From positions 1-64,000 of IMG/VR virus record IMGVR_UViG_3300030419_008158: a stretch of 64,000 nt of DNA; one strand, given 5' to 3'. The first letter of the stretch is position 1. Every line of letters begins with the position of its first letter. Positions 25,722-34,962 of this stretch are shown in pieces. The notes under the pieces are model-generated. The model was not told where the DNA came from. It made no database searches and worked only from the letters and a program-made list of their open reading frames with translations. The position numbers were made by a program, and so were the translations under genes.

Positions 25722-26696
25722 TTAGACATTTTCTTCTTTTTTCCAAAAAATATTAGGAAGAGATGCATAAAAATCATGACGACGATCATGCTCCCACCCC
25801 CTTTTACAAACCGCTTTGTGAAAATTTCTTCCCCAACTCCCGGGTTTTTCAACAGGCCCTTCACCAAAGTCATACAGATTAAAGTGTCCGACCGATGTAT
25901 CATATTTTGTCCAGTAAGTACTATACACAAAATTATCACTAATTCTGTTTAGATAGCTGTCGAGCCACGGAAAAGGTGTGCCTGTCTCTTTACTGTCTTC
26001 AGCCTGTATGTGTTCGACAACTTCATAAAAAGTCCCCGCGTCATAAGCGTCTAGCTGGTCACCTATATGAAGATTCTTTAGGCCCATCTCTTTCTTGACT
26101 CTTTCAATTAGCCTTACACTCAGCCCGCTGACTTCACTAACGTATACGTCTGTTTCAGGTAAGTGATAGGCAAACCAAATAGAAGAAATTCCAATCCCTG
26201 CCCCCACATCCAATATTGTCTTGGGCACATAACCTAAGTGATCCCACCACATTAAAGTGTGAAATATCGGAGACGTATTTCTCATTTTGGCTTTGTCAAT
26301 CATCCCAGTCACATTTAAGCCGCACGATACAGTTTCAAACACATAATAGGGATCATCATAAATTGACACATCAAAATTTTGGCGCCAGCGCTGGAGCATG
26401 TCATTGATAATCTTGCTATCGCGATCACCCAGCTGGTCTAACTCTTCCTTGGAAAACTCTGACTTTAATTCATCTTTATAAATTTCTAGAAGTCGCTCAT
26501 AACTTAGGCCTGGGATTGATGGATCGTAGCCTCTTGTTTGTAAAAACTTTCCACCGTAATGATGCTCTTTATTGCCCCACTGGACATACTCGAATTTTTT
26601 AGTTCGCCTTCTTCCAGTGGGTGGCGTGTGCTGATAGTCGAAGTACTTTTTCTCTTTTCCTTCGACTTCCCAGGTTTTTAGAGCATTATCATCCAT
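25722..26696 (-). CDS. Class I SAM-dependent methyltransferase
   Basis: ILDVGAGIG, acidic residue after strand 2 (VSEVS), YEVVEHI. Confidence 0.8.
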   Translation of the reverse strand: MDDNALKTWEVEGKEKKYFDYQHTPPTGRRRTKKFEYVQWGNKEHHYGGKFLQTRGYDPSIPGLSYERLLEIYKDELKSEFSKEELDQLGDRDSKIINDMLQRWRQNFDVSIYDDPYYVFETVSCGLNVTGMIDKAKMRNTSPIFHTLMWWDHLGYVPKTILDVGAGIGISSIWFAYHLPETDVYVSEVSGLSVRLIERVKKEMGLKNLHIGDQLDAYDAGTFYEVVEHIQAEDSKETGTPFPWLDSYLNRISDNFVYSTYWTKYDTSVGHFNLYDFGEGPVEKPGSWGRNFHKAVCKRGWEHDRRHDFYASLPNIFWKKEENV

Positions 26697-27657
26697 TCTC
26701 GTAAGCTGCCTTCAATGCCTGGAACTCTTCCATTAAGTCACGCCACATAGTTGTAAAAACTTTCTCTCCAGTTCCATGTGTCCCGTTGAGCTCTTCACGT
26801 CGACAGGGATAAATTGTGTCGGCCTCATGATACTCAAACGTATCATTCTTTGGTTCAGGCTGGTACAAGTTTGTACCTCGGCTAATCCACTTATCACCTT
26901 CCTTTACGCGGAACGTATTGATATAATGGAAATCCGGTTTATCAAAATTGAACACTTGAGTCAGCTCAGGAATTGCCTTGCATGCGGCGATGGCCATCTC
27001 AGCAGCTAAAATATTGTCAGCTGCAGGCTGAATCTGCACGTCTTGTCTCTGACGGACGAATCCGATCAAATCTTTAAGATTAAGTCGCATATAGTAAAAA
27101 GAAGTCATGCATTTCGGCAAAATCATTCTTGCGTCCATCATAGAAATAACTTTAGAATCAGTCATATCTGCATACAGCTGCTTAGACTGTCTAACAATCT
27201 CCTTGTAGCGCTCCAGGTACTCGGGCGAGTTTTCGACAGACTCCGGAACAACGGCAGGATCATCTCTAAGATCGCGGTCGCCGGTACATTGGGCTGCAAA
27301 AGATCCTGCTCGATGTCGAATAATATGAGTTACTTCCTGAAAAGATAGGCCAGACAATCTAAACGTGAACCCCAGACATTCCATGGGAGTTGGAAGCGCA
27401 CGAAACTGCAAAACATCTAGAAGATTTTTACTCTTGATGCTATCCGGTACCTCGTCAGGCCTGATTTCACTAGGGTCGTCGGCCCAAGTAGCCTTTACGT
27501 AATGCCACGCGACATCTCGTGCTTGATTTGTTGTGGGGGCGTCAACCAATTCAACATTAAGAGCTTCTAAATTATTACAAAACTCTGTATCAAACGGTCT
27601 ACCAAATTTTAGATCCATCGGAAGTTCGATAGGCTCTAGATCATTATTTAACGGCAT
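26689..27657 (-). CDS. ThyX-like flavin-dependent enzyme (non-canonical motif)
   Basis: FTFRLSG, HIIRHRAGSFAAQCTGDR, DARMILP, NLKDLIGFVRQR. Confidence 0.82.
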   Translation of the reverse strand: MPLNNDLEPIELPMDLKFGRPFDTEFCNNLEALNVELVDAPTTNQARDVAWHYVKATWADDPSEIRPDEVPDSIKSKNLLDVLQFRALPTPMECLGFTFRLSGLSFQEVTHIIRHRAGSFAAQCTGDRDLRDDPAVVPESVENSPEYLERYKEIVRQSKQLYADMTDSKVISMMDARMILPKCMTSFYYMRLNLKDLIGFVRQRQDVQIQPAADNILAAEMAIAACKAIPELTQVFNFDKPDFHYINTFRVKEGDKWISRGTNLYQPEPKNDTFEYHEADTIYPCRREELNGTHGTGEKVFTTMWRDLMEEFQALKAAYENG

Positions 27658-27953
27658 TATTCTGCTCCTTTGTTGTTGGGCCGATTTGGATAGTATTCTT
27701 TTTTGGTCAAAAAATCAATCAAAATATCAGTTGCATTACGAAGACCACTTCTGTTGAATTCCGTATCTCCTACGCGAAGCCACGTCTCCTCTAAAAACTC
27801 ATCAAGCTCTTGACCGCACATCTTCAAGACAGGATCACTTAGAGCAGACAGATCATATTCTGGATTTTCCATCAACTCAAGAACGTAATGCGATACTCTC
27901 GACGAGTGATGCAACGTCGCCTTCTTCCCAATCGAATGCATAGATTCCATCAT
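27657..27953 (-). CDS. Hypothetical protein (start uncertain)
   Basis: TAATG coupling to ThyX-like gene. Confidence 0.5.
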   Translation of the reverse strand: MMESMHSIGKKATLHHSSRVSHYVLELMENPEYDLSALSDPVLKMCGQELDEFLEETWLRVGDTEFNRSGLRNATDILIDFLTKKEYYPNRPNNKGAE

Positions 27954-28818
27954 GATTCATAACTCCCATGTTGTAATTTCTTTTCGGCACAAGACACGGC
28001 ACACCGTGCATAACATACTCAGAGGCATGTTTAGGTGAGTCATCAATTGCACACACAACTTTTCCCTGCTTGTATGCTTCGAGCGAAGATACTGCAATAT
28101 ACTTTTCTGAACTTAGCTGCACAGAGTCAAATTCTTTTACATACTTGTCAAGCCATTCATATGTCTCGTGCATACACTTTAGCTCGGTTTCTGGGCGTGC
28201 TGTCAAAATATGAATCCAATACCCTTTTTTTCTGAGGGTTTTTAGACTTTTGATCACGTTATCACAAGTATCTATTTTTCTTAGACTTCCAGAATCAATA
28301 AACTCAATAAGCAGCTGGTCGCCTGACTTTCCTTCTACTGGTTTGCTTAGAAAATATTCATTTGATCTATGATCGACATTGCATCCCGGGTATGTTTCAT
28401 TTACCCAATCATAGAAATTTTGTCTAAATCTGGCAATTACGTCATCAACATCAACAACGACAACTTTTTGTCCGCTCCACTTTGATAGATTTTTTTCTGT
28501 TCGGACTCTTAGATTAGCATCTCTAGACTCAAACGCACTAATTGCATCATTTTCGTCATAGTCCCATAAATTTAGTATAGACAAGCAGTATCGATAAACA
28601 TCCATCGTTTCAAATAGAATATTCTGCATATGTGTAGGAGTGATGTTCGGCCTGTGCTCTCGATAGTGGACTGAATCTGCCAGCTGCGTGAGCTCGCTTT
28701 GCATCGCAAGACAAAGTGTCTTGTGCTTCTCAATTTTCTCCTGCTCAGACATTTTGTCTGAATTGTAGAAATTTCTAGAAAAATTCTTTTGCTTGTCAAG
28801 CATTTTCTTTAAGTCCAC
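27877..28818 (-). CDS. All-alpha NTP pyrophosphatase-like domain fused to HAD 5'(3')-deoxyribonucleotidase-like domain
   Basis: SELTQL...FETMDV; VVDVDDV, LTAR, IDDSP. Confidence 0.78.
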   Translation of the reverse strand: MDLKKMLDKQKNFSRNFYNSDKMSEQEKIEKHKTLCLAMQSELTQLADSVHYREHRPNITPTHMQNILFETMDVYRYCLSILNLWDYDENDAISAFESRDANLRVRTEKNLSKWSGQKVVVVDVDDVIARFRQNFYDWVNETYPGCNVDHRSNEYFLSKPVEGKSGDQLLIEFIDSGSLRKIDTCDNVIKSLKTLRKKGYWIHILTARPETELKCMHETYEWLDKYVKEFDSVQLSSEKYIAVSSLEAYKQGKVVCAIDDSPKHASEYVMHGVPCLVPKRNYNMGVMNHDGIYAFDWEEGDVASLVESIALRS

Positions 28819-28830
28819 AGGTTTTCTCCT

Positions 28831-29061
28831 CTAAAAAGGATTGTTGACAAGATAAGCGACGTACTCTATAATCTCTTGTTCGTCGCTATCTTCGCAATCC
28901 TTGTAAGATTTACCCATCTTTGTCTTGATACAGCGCCAAATATGAGCGTATGGGTTTCTTGCAGAATGATTTGGACTATCAGGAAGATTTCCTTCTAATG
29001 CTTTTCCGCCAAGCGCAACTGCTTGTCGTATTCTTTCAGCAACTTCAGGAGACATCATCAA
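28831..29061 (-). CDS. Hypothetical protein
   Basis: In-operon; RNPYAHIW..IK..MG.SYKD. Confidence 0.6.
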   Translation of the reverse strand: MMMSPEVAERIRQAVALGGKALEGNLPDSPNHSARNPYAHIWRCIKTKMGKSYKDCEDSDEQEIIEYVAYLVNNPF

Positions 29062-29444
29062 TAGCCGCCATTAATTCTATCTAAATTTATTTGGCCTTTT
29101 TTCATGTACATTTTATACATTTCTTCATAAGAAATTCCTGAGTACAGGAGAATGCCTATTAGATAATGCAAAACATCGCTTAGCTCCTCTGTGTAAGCGT
29201 CTCGATCAAAATCACTTATTTCAGTGCTTCTATGACTTTTGGCGTTCTTAAGAAGCATATTAGATTCAAATAGCTCATGCATACATTCGTGTGCAAGAGA
29301 TTTTAGAAATTGTTGACTCTTTTTTTCAGAAAGATCGAGTGGAAAATCAGGAAAGTCTCTTTTGTCACGAAGCAGCTCAAGAAACTCTTTTTGCTGCTCA
29401 AACATAATTTCAAACTTTCCCATATCACTCATCAGAAGACTCAT
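29058..29444 (-). CDS. Dimeric dCTPase/dUTPase (T4 gp56-like, all-alpha NTP-PPase)
   Basis: HELFE, EELSDVLHY, YMKKGQINLDRINGGY C-terminus. Confidence 0.8.
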   Translation of the reverse strand: MSLLMSDMGKFEIMFEQQKEFLELLRDKRDFPDFPLDLSEKKSQQFLKSLAHECMHELFESNMLLKNAKSHRSTEISDFDRDAYTEELSDVLHYLIGILLYSGISYEEMYKMYMKKGQINLDRINGGY

Positions 29445-29640
29445 TCAATTTATTAGCTTCTTCTCGCAACTTCTCAAGATTATTTTCAAAGTTCTCAGAA
29501 TACTCAGGATCGGGATCCAGAATACCATCTTCGTCAACAAACCTCATTGTGCGAAGATTGTCAGTAATGTCTGTACCCGTAAGAAGGGCAAGCTGCAAAA
29601 CTCGTACGAGCTGTGAAATGCTGTTGTCAGAAAGACGCAT
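29425..29640 (-). CDS. Hypothetical protein
   Basis: GGAGG SD; first gene after promoter. Confidence 0.65.
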   Translation of the reverse strand: MRLSDNSISQLVRVLQLALLTGTDITDNLRTMRFVDEDGILDPDPEYSENFENNLEKLREEANKLNESSDE

Positions 29641-29661
29641 GTTATACCTCCATATTGAATA

Positions 29662-29690
29662 ATTCTAGTAAATTTCTTTTCGTTTTTCAA
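29662..29690 (-). promoter_or_regulatory. Sigma-70-type promoter heading the nucleotide cluster
   Basis: TTGAAA-17 nt-TAGAAT. Confidence 0.65.
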
Positions 29691-30512
29691 TCATTTTTGA
29701 ACATCTGGCACCCAGTGCGTAGTTCGTCCGTCGTCTGTCTTTTCTTTAATAACTTTATGACCGAACGGGTCTTTTTTCAAACCATACACCATAAATTCCA
29801 GTGACGCACTTCCCTCGAGCCCATCTGTGTCTTTGTAATCTTTCAAAGAAGCACCTCTAGAATTGTATGCTTGACGCAAAACATCTCTTACAGCAGTGTG
29901 CAAGTCAGATATTTCTTTCGTCGACAAAGAACCTACTAGCCTGTGAGGAGAAATTTTTGCACGATAAAGCGACTCTGCTTTTACGTAATTTCCCACCCCA
30001 GAAACAACAGACTGTGTCATTAAAGATTTAGCAACAGACCAGTGGGGCTTTTTGTCTAAAGATGATGAAAACTTTTCAAACGAGACAGAATCATTCAACA
30101 TATCAGGGCCCAAGCTTTGAAGCTTTTCCAAAAATTTTCTCTTGCCTTTTATGATCTTGATAGTTCCAAAGTTTCTCGTGTCAACAAAAAAAATAGGTTC
30201 GCCTTCATTGAAATCAAATCTAACTCTTGCATGTTTATGATTTCTATCTTTAGACCATGTTCCTGTCATTCCAAGCGTATTCAAGAGAAACATTTCGTTC
30301 GAAAGCATCCAAAAAATAAGCTTTCCTTTTACACCAATACCCGTTACTTTTACAGCGCCGTCTGATTGAATTTTTTCCCTGATCATTTCTAAGCCCGGAA
30401 TTTGACTTTTGGTGTATCTTCCGGAAATTGGCACAATATTCACAATTTTTCTTAGGCCTACTTTTTGTGAAAGACCCTCACTGATAATTCTAACTTCAGC
30501 ACCCTCTGGCAT
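29691..30512 (-). CDS. Fpg/Nei DNA glycosylase-AP lyase with zincless finger
   Basis: True start MPEGAEV (GAGGTG SD); KGK, LGMTG, DTRNFG, LGPD, GVGNY, GRTTHW; no Cys4 finger. Confidence 0.92.
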   Translation of the reverse strand: MPEGAEVRIISEGLSQKVGLRKIVNIVPISGRYTKSQIPGLEMIREKIQSDGAVKVTGIGVKGKLIFWMLSNEMFLLNTLGMTGTWSKDRNHKHARVRFDFNEGEPIFFVDTRNFGTIKIIKGKRKFLEKLQSLGPDMLNDSVSFEKFSSSLDKKPHWSVAKSLMTQSVVSGVGNYVKAESLYRAKISPHRLVGSLSTKEISDLHTAVRDVLRQAYNSRGASLKDYKDTDGLEGSASLEFMVYGLKKDPFGHKVIKEKTDDGRTTHWVPDVQK

Positions 30513-30528
30513 ATAACACCTCTGTTGT

Positions 30529-31764
30529 TTAGTCTCTATCGTTTCTAAAACAAACAAATGTAGGAAATCTAAGTGAGCCATCAGGAGTTTCTTCCTGGTA
30601 TCTTACTTCAATAGTTCTTCCTAAAAATGCTTCGGGTGTGTTCCAGATTTTTTCTCTAAGAATGTCAGAAAATCCGGATCCTACCTGAACTTTTACACCT
30701 TTGAAGTTGACAACTACAGACCCTAATTTGCCTGCATGTTTTCCAGTTCCCTCAAGAAGATTTTCAATCTCTAGGTCCACATCATGAAATGCTTTGAGTT
30801 TCATAACTTCAGGACCTCTTCCAAATTTGTAAGGTGCATCCAAATCCTTGACCATCGCACCTTCGTATCCTTGCCCTACATACTCATCATGCAAAACTTT
30901 GATCGCAGAATAGTTGGCATCAACAATAACACGAGGAACTATTTTCAAGTAATTTGCTGTCTTTTTTTGAACCTCAATTTTCAAAATATCGTATCTTTCT
31001 TTGCATGAAAGCTTAGAATTTCTTGACTTCCACTCACTCAAAGGAACATAGTCAAAAATTGAAAGATATGTCCCGTCAGTGACAACATTTTCTTTTCGAT
31101 ATGCTTGGCGCATCAAAGCAATAAAGTCTTCTCCCATAATTTCCCCATCATAGCAACCACTAGGTAACTGTGACAGCTCTGCGCCAATAGTAGTATCGAA
31201 ATTAGTAATCAGCTTGCCTGACCTCGCATACAAAAGGGCTTCTCCATTTTCCACAATTGCGAAACACCTAATTCCGTCAAGCTTGGGTTCAACAGCAACT
31301 TTTGCTTTTCCCAAAAGTCTTTTTTCTTCAAATTTCTGTGCAAGAGCTACATCAAAAGTAGGAACTAATCCTGGAAAAACCTTGTTGACTGTCTTGATTG
31401 ATGCTCCAATGGCCAAATGTTTTTTAAGCACTTTTCTCATCCATTTTTCATCTTCTTTTTGAACGCTGGAAAAGCATGTATAGACACGTTCAATTGCAGC
31501 ATTTCCTGTGACTTTTCTTGAAGCGCACTCGTCCAAGACAGTAAAAAATTCACTCCAGGCACGGTCTTCAGAAAGAGGAAATTGAAGCCTAGATTTTACT
31601 TTAGGAATCTTAACAACATTGAAAGGAGTGAATGGGTCTAAACCATATTTTAGAGCTTTTCTTAGCAAAATACTCTCTTTGTTTTCCTCTAAGATGTCTT
31701 TTTTGTCATTTGTGCCTGAAGTTTCTTTTATTTTCTGCAATATTTCCGTTATTGACATTTTCAC
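30529..31764 (-). CDS. ATP-dependent DNA ligase
   Basis: EPKLDGIR, DGEI, EGAMVK, KLK, VGSGF, SLRFP. Confidence 0.94.
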   Translation of the reverse strand: MKMSITEILQKIKETSGTNDKKDILEENKESILLRKALKYGLDPFTPFNVVKIPKVKSRLQFPLSEDRAWSEFFTVLDECASRKVTGNAAIERVYTCFSSVQKEDEKWMRKVLKKHLAIGASIKTVNKVFPGLVPTFDVALAQKFEEKRLLGKAKVAVEPKLDGIRCFAIVENGEALLYARSGKLITNFDTTIGAELSQLPSGCYDGEIMGEDFIALMRQAYRKENVVTDGTYLSIFDYVPLSEWKSRNSKLSCKERYDILKIEVQKKTANYLKIVPRVIVDANYSAIKVLHDEYVGQGYEGAMVKDLDAPYKFGRGPEVMKLKAFHDVDLEIENLLEGTGKHAGKLGSVVVNFKGVKVQVGSGFSDILREKIWNTPEAFLGRTIEVRYQEETPDGSLRFPTFVCFRNDRD

Positions 31765-31774
31765 CCTTACAAAA

Positions 31775-33124
31775 TCAGTTAATTTTTTTCAAAAGTTGGC
31801 GCAAGTCTTTTTCATACATAGCATGTGAATCTGTATCTCGTGTCTTAGTCAGCTCTTGTAATTTTAGTTCATAGAGATTTTTCAAACCCAAGGCTTTTTC
31901 TTTAGTCAAGGAATGAATTGGCATGCCCAAAAGATAGTCATACGATCCACTGACTTTTTTATATTCTTTTTTTACCAGTGTATTTTCAATTGATTTCTTT
32001 TCTTGATTGTTGATGACAATCGTTCCTGCCAAAATTTCTTCGATGAACTTCTTTCTAAAGTTAGCAACTATAAGCTCTTTTTCTATTTGCTGAATCATTC
32101 TCTTTTTGCGAATGCTATAATACTTTAGGCGAAACTTAACAAAGTACTCTACGATCTGCTCTGGACTGTCAAAAATTCTAAGACTTCCTGATTCGTCGAG
32201 TGTCGTATAGTTTTCTCCTACGCGTTCTTGCATTTTCAGAAGCTTTGAAAGCCTTTTTCTTTTTATAAGCTGAGAAAGCGTCGCCCTTCTAAATTTTAGA
32301 ATATAGTGGGCAGTTTCAGCTGAATGGTCGTCATAGCTTACCAACGTCCCTTTTTGAATTAATCCCTCTAGGTAAGATTCGTATTTTTCATAAGTAAAGC
32401 TCGGCGGAATTTCTGTTATCTCCACAGTCGATGTATTTTTTACATTGAACTTTCCGTGGATAGTCCAAGACTTGGGTGCATCAGGGACTCTTAAAAATTC
32501 ACCTGAGAATCCGTGAATCCATGGCTTAATTTCAGGACACTTCTTTCCTTTGAGAACTGCCAAGCATGCTTTGATAAGGTCTGTTGGGTGTCGATTGAGA
32601 ATGTTAGTCGCAAACCCTACAGCAATTCCGCTACCACCGTTTAGAAGGACAGTTGGAATAATAGGCAAGAAAAACTTTGGTTCAATTTTTTCTCCTTCCT
32701 CCTCCTGCTCTTTTACTAAATCAAAATCTTTGTAAAGAAGTCTAAAGTTTTCATTAAACTTGACGCCTACATAACGAGGTGCACCAGCTTCTGGTGATCT
32801 AAGTGAACCGAACTGACCTACACCTTGAAAGATCGGCATAGAATTCTTAAAATCCTGGGTCATGCCGATGATAGTACCATCCAAAGACCCGTGATGAAAC
32901 ATTGTCATAGAAGCTGCTAGTCCGCCCAACTGAAAGACTTTCATGGGTTTTTCTTTACCCGTCTTCCACACTTGATTTGCTGTGTGTGCGATCTTTCTTT
33001 GCGAAGGCTTAAATCCGTCTATTAGGGATGGGATCGCTCTATTTTCAATGGTGTAAATTGCATAATTTCTTAGTTCGTTGTCAAAAAAATTCTCAACAGA
33101 TCTTTCTTCATTTTTTAGTGTCAT
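31775..33124 (-). CDS. Type IIA topoisomerase breakage-reunion subunit (T4 gp52-like)
   Basis: RAIPSLIDGFKPSQRK, HHG, GQFG, APRY; no GyrA CTD. Confidence 0.94.
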   Translation of the reverse strand: MTLKNEERSVENFFDNELRNYAIYTIENRAIPSLIDGFKPSQRKIAHTANQVWKTGKEKPMKVFQLGGLAASMTMFHHGSLDGTIIGMTQDFKNSMPIFQGVGQFGSLRSPEAGAPRYVGVKFNENFRLLYKDFDLVKEQEEEGEKIEPKFFLPIIPTVLLNGGSGIAVGFATNILNRHPTDLIKACLAVLKGKKCPEIKPWIHGFSGEFLRVPDAPKSWTIHGKFNVKNTSTVEITEIPPSFTYEKYESYLEGLIQKGTLVSYDDHSAETAHYILKFRRATLSQLIKRKRLSKLLKMQERVGENYTTLDESGSLRIFDSPEQIVEYFVKFRLKYYSIRKKRMIQQIEKELIVANFRKKFIEEILAGTIVINNQEKKSIENTLVKKEYKKVSGSYDYLLGMPIHSLTKEKALGLKNLYELKLQELTKTRDTDSHAMYEKDLRQLLKKIN

Positions 33125-34962
33125 TCTCCACCCTCACCTAGAATTTTTTGCTTTCTAATCGAAGAATCATCTCCAAACCAATCATCGAGTGCTTGTCTTA
33201 GGTTTTCTCCGGGAGTCAGTGCAAACATCTTGGGGTTTCTAATGATGTCACGATACTCAGGGTCTTCAAGGGCTGCTAATCCCTTCTTGTAGGAGATGTT
33301 CCAACCAGATGACTTTTCTGCCTTCTTCCACAATTCAAACTCGTCATTCGTATAAAACATTATTCGATCATTTTTCTTTTCAGCTACTACGAGAGGCGTC
33401 ATGACCCTGTAAAGCATTCTTTTTTCTAAAAGTTCAGGCCAGTATCTACCAAAAAAGTTTGTCAATAGCCCAGCAATTGAGTCACCATCAGGATCAGCAT
33501 CTGAATATATCAAAATTTTGCCATAGCGAAGCTTTTCAGGCTCTTCACCCAGCCTCAATCCAATTGCATTCAAAAGAGCTTGAACTTCTTTGTTTTGGAT
33601 CACCTTTGAGGGTGGCATGCCAGCTACATTAAGAAACTTTCCTCGCAAAGGAAACGCCCCTTGAGTCATTGGATCTCGATATTTTCGAAAAGCACTTGAC
33701 GCAGAGTCACCCTCAAAAAGTGAAAGTGTGCATTTCTCTCTTTTTCGCCCCTTAGCATCGATGAGCTTAAGAACTTTTTCTTTGTCCAGCTTTTTATTGA
33801 GCTGTCGCAGTGCCTTTCTTTCATCAGCCTTCTTTTTCTGTTGTGCCCAGTCCAAAATCCTCTGTATCATCTCAGAAGAGCAAACAGATTTCAAAAACTT
33901 TTCACTTAGATCATGTTTCGATCCAAAATCTCGAGCATCAGTAATTAGTTTTTCTTTAGTCTGGGATGAGAAAGAAGAATTAACAATGTCTGTACTAACA
34001 AACACGAACATATGATTTTTAATTTCTGATGGCTTGAGGACTACTTTATGTCGCTTTCGAAGCCTCTCTCTGACTGCTGCTACTATTTGATTTGCAACAA
34101 AATCAACGTGTGTGCCTCCATCAGATGTCGCTACGCCGTTTACAAATGATACTTGTTGCATACTTCCAGACGAAGGGCCTACAGCAATTCTCCACCTTTC
34201 TGAGCCTTCATAGATCACATCATCTACATAGAGTCTGCAATATGATGAAAAAGACGGATAGCTAAATCTCTCTTTGTTGAAATACACTTTGAGCAAAGGA
34301 TTACATGCTGCCAAATCAGCACACCTCTTTCTCATTAGCTGAATGTGATCTTTACCTACTCCGTCTAAGCCAAACTGCGAGTAGTCGGGCAAGTAAGAAA
34401 TTTCTGTAAATCCCTTTCCTCTTTTTGATTTGACTTTAGGTTCTTGGCGGTCTCTCATGTTGTTGCGAAAGACTTGTAAAAATTCTTTTTTTCCATCACA
34501 CGTGTTTACTTGAAACTCTAGAGAAAAAATATTGGTTAGAGTAGCTCCGACACCGTTTGTTCCTGCGACTAATCGATCTTCGCTATCGTCAAAATTAGAA
34601 CCTGCCTTGAGATTACTAAAAATCATCTCTGGAACCCACTCGTCGTGAATAGCATGTTTGACGACTGGAATTCCTCCATTATCACGAATTGTAATTCTAC
34701 CAGAAACAGAGTCGACTGTGATATCAATTCGATTAAGCTTGGAGTTTCGTCGGTGCTCGTCTGCTGAGTTGGATATAATTTCGTCAAAAACTTTGAGAAA
34801 TCCAGGGTTTTGATTGACAGTTTGTACAGTAAACTTTTTGTCTTTATCTAAAATATAGCACTGATCTTCTCTTGTCTTTGTAGACCCAATATACATTCCC
34901 GGCCTGAGCAGGCAATGCTCAATATCATCAAGTTTTCTATATTTTTGCTCAATGGGTTTCAT
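33121..34962 (-). CDS. Type IIA topoisomerase ATPase/TOPRIM subunit (T4 gp39+60-like)
   Basis: LRPGMYIGS, EIISNSAD, GTNGVGA, EGDSA, PLRGK, DADPDG, KGLA. Confidence 0.95.
   Translation of the reverse strand: MKPIEQKYRKLDDIEHCLLRPGMYIGSTKTREDQCYILDKDKKFTVQTVNQNPGFLKVFDEIISNSADEHRRNSKLNRIDITVDSVSGRITIRDNGGIPVVKHAIHDEWVPEMIFSNLKAGSNFDDSEDRLVAGTNGVGATLTNIFSLEFQVNTCDGKKEFLQVFRNNMRDRQEPKVKSKRGKGFTEISYLPDYSQFGLDGVGKDHIQLMRKRCADLAACNPLLKVYFNKERFSYPSFSSYCRLYVDDVIYEGSERWRIAVGPSSGSMQQVSFVNGVATSDGGTHVDFVANQIVAAVRERLRKRHKVVLKPSEIKNHMFVFVSTDIVNSSFSSQTKEKLITDARDFGSKHDLSEKFLKSVCSSEMIQRILDWAQQKKKADERKALRQLNKKLDKEKVLKLIDAKGRKREKCTLSLFEGDSASSAFRKYRDPMTQGAFPLRGKFLNVAGMPPSKVIQNKEVQALLNAIGLRLGEEPEKLRYGKILIYSDADPDGDSIAGLLTNFFGRYWPELLEKRMLYRVMTPLVVAEKKNDRIMFYTNDEFELWKKAEKSSGWNISYKKGLAALEDPEYRDIIRNPKMFALTPGENLRQALDDWFGDDSSIRKQKILGEGGE

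Noticed and set aside
25722-26696. DNA methyltransferase of a restriction-modification system
   Set aside because: No DPPY/NPPY or PC catalytic motif; pattern fits small-molecule methyltransferases
30513-30581. N-terminal extension of Fpg/Nei given by the ORF track
   Set aside because: Family requires N-terminal Pro; the SD supports ATG at 30512
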